Assembly (NCBI GenBank): GCA_045533675.1
Contig: JAZSIF010000054.1
Location: 27,287-91,286, forward strand
DNA length: 64,000 bases
Reading direction: 5' to 3'
From: Eubacteriales bacterium
GTDB taxonomy: Bacteria; Bacillota; Clostridia; Oscillospirales; CAG-272
Made by a program: the position numbers and the translations under genes. The notes beneath the pieces are model-generated. The model was given only the letters and a program-made list of their open reading frames with translations. It ran no database searches and was not told the origin of the DNA. Positions within the stretch are counted from its first letter, which is position 1; each line of letters opens with the position of its first letter. Below are positions 59,761 to 64,000 of the stretch, in pieces.

Positions 59761-60381
59761 TTACTTAAGGGGCTCAAAGTCGGAGGCGGGGTGTTTGCAC
59801 CAGGGGCAAATAAAATCCTCGGGAAGGGGATCGCCCTCGTAGACGTAGCCGCAGATCTTGCAGACGTAGCCTTTTTTCTTCTCCTCCTTGGGGGCTGGCT
59901 TTGGTTTAACGTTTGCCTGATAATAGTTGTAGGTCATGGTGGGAATGTTCGAGACGGTCTTCGCTTCCTCAAGGGAGCAGATAAACATTCCGTGGGTATC
60001 CAGATCCACATACTGCTCCACTTTGAGAGAAAAGTAGGCATTGATAAATTCGGGGAGAACGCAAATGCCCTTGGAGCGGGCGGGGTGCATTCCTTCAAAT
60101 TTATTCGTGTCCCGTCCGCTTTGGAATCCGAAGCGCTGAAACACGGAGAAGGGAGCCTCCTCGGAGAGGACGTTGACGTTCATGACCCCTGTTTTCTTGA
60201 TGACGTCATGGGAATAATTCTGCTTGTTGATTGCCACCGCCACACGGTTGGGGGTGTTGGTGACCTGCATGACGGTATTGACGATCAGGCCGTTGTCCTT
60301 CTCTCCGTCGCGGCAGGTGACCACGTAGAGTCCGTATCCGATCTTAAAGAGGGCGGTTTCGTCGATGGTTGCTTTGTTCAT
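59761..60381 (-). CDS. Flavin reductase-rubredoxin fusion (high-molecular-weight rubredoxin-like)
   Basis: YGLYVV, FGFQSGR, TH.MF, C-terminal CKICGYVY...CPWC. Confidence 0.88.
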   Translation of the reverse strand: MNKATIDETALFKIGYGLYVVTCRDGEKDNGLIVNTVMQVTNTPNRVAVAINKQNYSHDVIKKTGVMNVNVLSEEAPFSVFQRFGFQSGRDTNKFEGMHPARSKGICVLPEFINAYFSLKVEQYVDLDTHGMFICSLEEAKTVSNIPTMTYNYYQANVKPKPAPKEEKKKGYVCKICGYVYEGDPLPEDFICPWCKHPASDFEPLK

Positions 60382-60496
60382 AGAGTAAAATCTCCTTTCG
60401 GAAAATCCATTTTCTTATTTTCATTATTGTACCACAATCTCCTTCTGTTTTCAATAGAAAATAAAAAAACTCATCCATACGGAATCTTAATGGAGG

Positions 60497-61336
60497 TTAT
60501 GCCCGTTCGAATCCCACCAGTACACCGCCTCGCTCGGCATAAAAGCTGCAAAGCCCCTTTAGCTTGTGAATGGTGATCTGAGCCTTCTCGAATTTGGCGA
60601 GAATGAGCTTTTTTAATTGCTCGGCGGCGGGGGCATTTTGGCAGTGCCCGATGTAAATTCTGCCGTTCGGAGAAAATCCTTCTTCCTCCAGATCACTCAC
60701 CAGAGTTTCCAATGAGCGGCGCTCGCCGCGGCATTTGTGTCGGGGCTCGAGGGTGCCCTCGGCGCTTGCTCTGCCCACCACACAGATTCCCGCAATTCCC
60801 ACGATTTTTGCCACGATAGGGGAAACTCTTCCATTATTGGCAAAGGTCTTCAAGGATTTCAGCATAAAAATCAGCCCTGTTTTTTCCATGTATCGCGTGA
60901 TGCGTGGGCAGATCTCTTCATACGGCATTCCCATATCGATATATTCCTCCAGTTTCTCAATGATCAGCGTAATTTCGGGACCTGCGGAAAGTGTGTTCAG
61001 TACAAATACCCGTCTTCCCTCATGCTCCGATTCGTAAATCTGCTTGGCGGCACAGGCGGAATTATAGCTTCCCGAAAGGCCTGCGGTAATGGTAACGCAA
61101 AAGATATCATCGGCATCGCCGAAGGCGTCAAGCCAGTCACCCGTATTGGGGCAGGAGGATTTTGATTTTCCTTTATAATGGTCAAAATAATCTACCATGG
61201 TGTCCACATCGAGGGAAGGGGAATCCAAAAATTCCTTCTCCGCGGTAATAATCTTCATCGGAGTGGCGGAAAATTCAACGTGTGTCAGCGCAAAGAGATC
61301 GCACGAGGAATCGGCTACAATTTTTACGGTTCTCAT
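60497..61336 (-). CDS. DegV family fatty-acid-binding protein
   Basis: IVADSSCDL, SSCP, LSGSYNSA, NGRV. Confidence 0.92.
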   Translation of the reverse strand: MRTVKIVADSSCDLFALTHVEFSATPMKIITAEKEFLDSPSLDVDTMVDYFDHYKGKSKSSCPNTGDWLDAFGDADDIFCVTITAGLSGSYNSACAAKQIYESEHEGRRVFVLNTLSAGPEITLIIEKLEEYIDMGMPYEEICPRITRYMEKTGLIFMLKSLKTFANNGRVSPIVAKIVGIAGICVVGRASAEGTLEPRHKCRGERRSLETLVSDLEEEGFSPNGRIYIGHCQNAPAAEQLKKLILAKFEKAQITIHKLKGLCSFYAERGGVLVGFERA

Positions 61337-61492
61337 AAACACCTCCCAATTTAGGTTTAATTTGTTTTTTGTTGATCGCTCAACAAGTAAACAACAGTAT
61401 ATCATATAATTGTTGAATTGTCAATAATTATTTTCTTCATAAAGAAATGTCTCATCGGAAAGAGGGACGAAATCGTTCGCTCTTGTAAAAAA

Positions 61493-61520
61493 GGACAGAG
61501 AACGTAAACATTCTCTGTCC
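61493..61520. terminator. Hairpin downstream of lepA (copy of the 36260 hairpin)
   Basis: GGACAGAGAACGT-aa-ACATTCTCTGTCC, T-tract on the minus strand. Confidence 0.7.
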
Positions 61521-61608
61521 CATGGATCGTCGGGTATTTCTTTTTAGCGTCTGATGGTTGCCGTGGCAGTTGATGCGGCCCACGTAAAGCTCTGGCTGCA
61601 TCCATACA

Positions 61609-63423
61609 TCAGTTATCGTCATCCAGCTTAAGCACTGCCATAAATGCCTCGGGGGAAACCTGAACCGAGCCCAGCTGACGCATCTTTTTCTTTCCTTCCT
61701 TCTGCTTTTCCAGAAGCTTTTTCTTACGGGTAATATCACCGCCGTAGCATTTGGCAAGCACGTCCTTTCTCATTGCCTTGACGGTTTCACGGGCAATGAT
61801 CTTGGAGCCGATGGCTGCCTGAATCGGAACCTCGAAGAGCTGACGGGGGATGTTGTCCTTCAGCTTCTCGGCAATTCTTCTGGCTCTGCCGTATGCCTTT
61901 TCCTCGTGGACGATGAAGGACAGGGCATCCACCTGCTCGCCGTTGAGCAGGAAGTCCAGCTTCACAAGCTTACTGGGAACGTACTCGCCCAGCTCATAGT
62001 CCAAGGACGCGTAACCACGGGAGCGGCTCTTGAGGGCATCGAAGAAATCGTAAATGATCTCGTTGAGGGGCAGATCGTAGTGCAGCTCCACACGGGAGGT
62101 GTCGATATACTTCATATCCAAGAAGTTTCCGCGGCGATCCTGGCAGAGCTCCATCAGCCCGCCCACGTAGTCGGTGGGGGTAATGATGTTTGCCCGAACC
62201 AGCGGCTCGTATGCCACGTCGATCTCATCCGCCGCGGGGAAGTTGGAGGGATTATCGATGCGGACCGTCTCGCCGCCCTTCTTTTTGACCTTGTAGATAA
62301 CCGAGGGGGCGGTGGTAATCAGGTCAAGGTTAAATTCTCTTTCCAGTCGCTCTTCAATGATCTCCATGTGGAGAAGTCCCAGAAATCCGCAACGGAAGCC
62401 AAAGCCGAGGGCGATGGAGGTTTCGGGCTCAAATACCAGCGCCGCGTCGTTGAGCTGAAGCTTGTCCAGGGCATCACGCAGGTCTCCGTAGCGAGCGCCG
62501 TCGGCGGGGTAGATTCCCGCATAAACCATGGGTTGCACTGCCTTGAATCCGGGTAAGGGAGAAGCGGTGGGGTTCTCGTCGGAGGTGACCGTATCGCCCA
62601 CGCGCGTCTCTCCCACGCTCTTGATGGAGGCGGTGATATATCCTACCTCGCCTGCCGAGAGCGTTTCAGTTTTTTTCAGTCCGAAGGGAGTCATGTATCC
62701 CACGTCTACCACGTCAAAGGTGGTTCCGTTGCTCATGAGGCGAATGCGGTCGCCGCTCTTGACCGAGCCGTCGAAGATGCGGACGTTGACCACCACGCCG
62801 AGATAGCTGTCGTAGTAGGAGTCGAAGATCAGCGCCTTTAAGGGGGCGTCAGGGTCTCCCTCGGGGGCGGGTACATCGCGGACTACTGCCGCCAGCACCT
62901 GCTCTATGTTCTGTCCCGTTTTTGCCGAAACGGCAGGGCAGTCCTCGGCGGGGATCCCAATGATATCCTCGATTTCGCCCCGCACACGGTCTACGTTCGC
63001 GGAGGGCAGGTCGATCTTATTGATGACGGGCACAATTTCCAAATCCGAGTCCACCGCAAGATATGCGTTGGCAAGGGTTTGCGCCTCGATGCCTTGGGTG
63101 GCATCCACTACCAAAAGCGCGCCGTCGCAGGCGTTGAGGGAACGGGACACTTCATAATTAAAGTCCACGTGACCGGGGGTATCGATCAGGTTGAACTGAT
63201 AGCTCTCCCCGTCGGGGGCGGTATAATTCAGCCGGACAGCGCGCGCCTTAATCGTGATGCCGCGCTCCCGCTCCAGGTCCATGTTGTCTAAGAGCTGCTC
63301 CTCCATCTCCCGTTGTGTCACGGTTTGGGTCGCCTCTAAAATTCGGTCGGCAAGGGTAGATTTTCCGTGGTCGATATGCGCGATAATAGAAAAATTTCGA
63401 ATGTGTGCTTGTTTGTTCGCCAT
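61609..63423 (-). CDS. lepA: Elongation factor 4
   Basis: [49 protein letters not shown]. Confidence 0.98.
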   Translation of the reverse strand: MANKQAHIRNFSIIAHIDHGKSTLADRILEATQTVTQREMEEQLLDNMDLERERGITIKARAVRLNYTAPDGESYQFNLIDTPGHVDFNYEVSRSLNACDGALLVVDATQGIEAQTLANAYLAVDSDLEIVPVINKIDLPSANVDRVRGEIEDIIGIPAEDCPAVSAKTGQNIEQVLAAVVRDVPAPEGDPDAPLKALIFDSYYDSYLGVVVNVRIFDGSVKSGDRIRLMSNGTTFDVVDVGYMTPFGLKKTETLSAGEVGYITASIKSVGETRVGDTVTSDENPTASPLPGFKAVQPMVYAGIYPADGARYGDLRDALDKLQLNDAALVFEPETSIALGFGFRCGFLGLLHMEIIEERLEREFNLDLITTAPSVIYKVKKKGGETVRIDNPSNFPAADEIDVAYEPLVRANIITPTDYVGGLMELCQDRRGNFLDMKYIDTSRVELHYDLPLNEIIYDFFDALKSRSRGYASLDYELGEYVPSKLVKLDFLLNGEQVDALSFIVHEEKAYGRARRIAEKLKDNIPRQLFEVPIQAAIGSKIIARETVKAMRKDVLAKCYGGDITRKKKLLEKQKEGKKKMRQLGSVQVSPEAFMAVLKLDDDN

Positions 63424-63692
63424 TCTTTGTCTCCATTTGATTAAGATACCAATATTATATAATATTTTCTCTCGTTTCTCAATAGGATTTCGCAATTTTT
63501 TTCTTTTTGACTTTTTTTCTTGGTATAAAAGAGACAAGTAGGGCTTGAAAAAGGAGAATTTTTAAAAAATGAGCAATATATGTCCAAAAACCTTTGGGTT
63601 ATGTCTTGAAATCACGAGAAATTTGTCTTATAATACCAATAGAGACCGGAGCGTGGGCTTCCAAAATCTTACGTTGCGAAAGGAACGGAGAG

Positions 63693-64000
63693 ATGGAAAA
63701 TCAAAAAAAGAAAATTGCGGTGATCGGCTACGGTGGAATGGGTGGCTGGCATGTAAAGCACATTTTGAATAGCGACGTGGTCGAGCTGGCGGGCATTTGC
63801 GACATTCGTGATTGCCAAAAGGAGAAAGCCCGCGAGAGGGACATTTACGTATATGAGACGTTTGAGGATGTTCTTGCCGACCCTACGGTAGAGCTTCTGA
63901 CTTTGGCGGTACCCAACGAGCTTCATATGCCCATGGCGGTGAAGGCTATGGAGGCAGGAAAAAACGTGATCTCCGAGAAGCCTGTGGCGCTGAATTCGGA
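63693..64000 (+). CDS. Gfo/Idh/MocA family oxidoreductase (3'-truncated by window edge)
   Basis: IAVIGYGGMG, VPNELH, GKNVISEKP; not in the supplied ORF track because it has no stop in the window. Confidence 0.9.
   Translation, partial: MENQKKKIAVIGYGGMGGWHVKHILNSDVVELAGICDIRDCQKEKARERDIYVYETFEDVLADPTVELLTLAVPNELHMPMAVKAMEAGKNVISEKPVALNS

Noticed and set aside
59284-60576. 430-aa plus-strand ORF
   Set aside because: Antisense to the PHP and flavin reductase-rubredoxin genes.

Overview
64-kb chromosomal segment from a Clostridia-like (Bacillota) anaerobe with no CRISPR array or rRNA. Housekeeping genes include gyrA, kdgK/eda, a ROK kinase, nth, proB, zapA, an RlhA-type U32 protein, tcdA, a Fur/Zur-znuACB operon, a type-2 ileS, maf-mreBCD-mrdA, GSIII, pssA-psd, smpB, DegV and lepA. 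RNA genes are tRNA-Ala(GGC), tRNA-Trp(CCA) and tmRNA. Highlight 1: a ~12-kb island (about 45952-57961) integrated at the tmRNA 3' end. Its junctions reconstruct a large-serine-recombinase-style attP that would lie inside the 3' end of an almost fully deleted recombinase gene. Its cargo is a LysR-Rex-AdhE-kinase-ferredoxin-sensory [FeFe]-hydrogenase-phosphatase-LDH/MDH-[FeFe]-hydrogenase fermentation module. Highlight 2: an unannotated type I toxin-antitoxin-like locus at about 39.9-40.3 kb. Highlight 3: a family of long palindromic intergenic elements (4 full or partial copies). Highlight 4: an IleRS2 with GVHH/RFSKT signature motifs. All calls come from reading the sequence and the supplied translations; no database searches were run.
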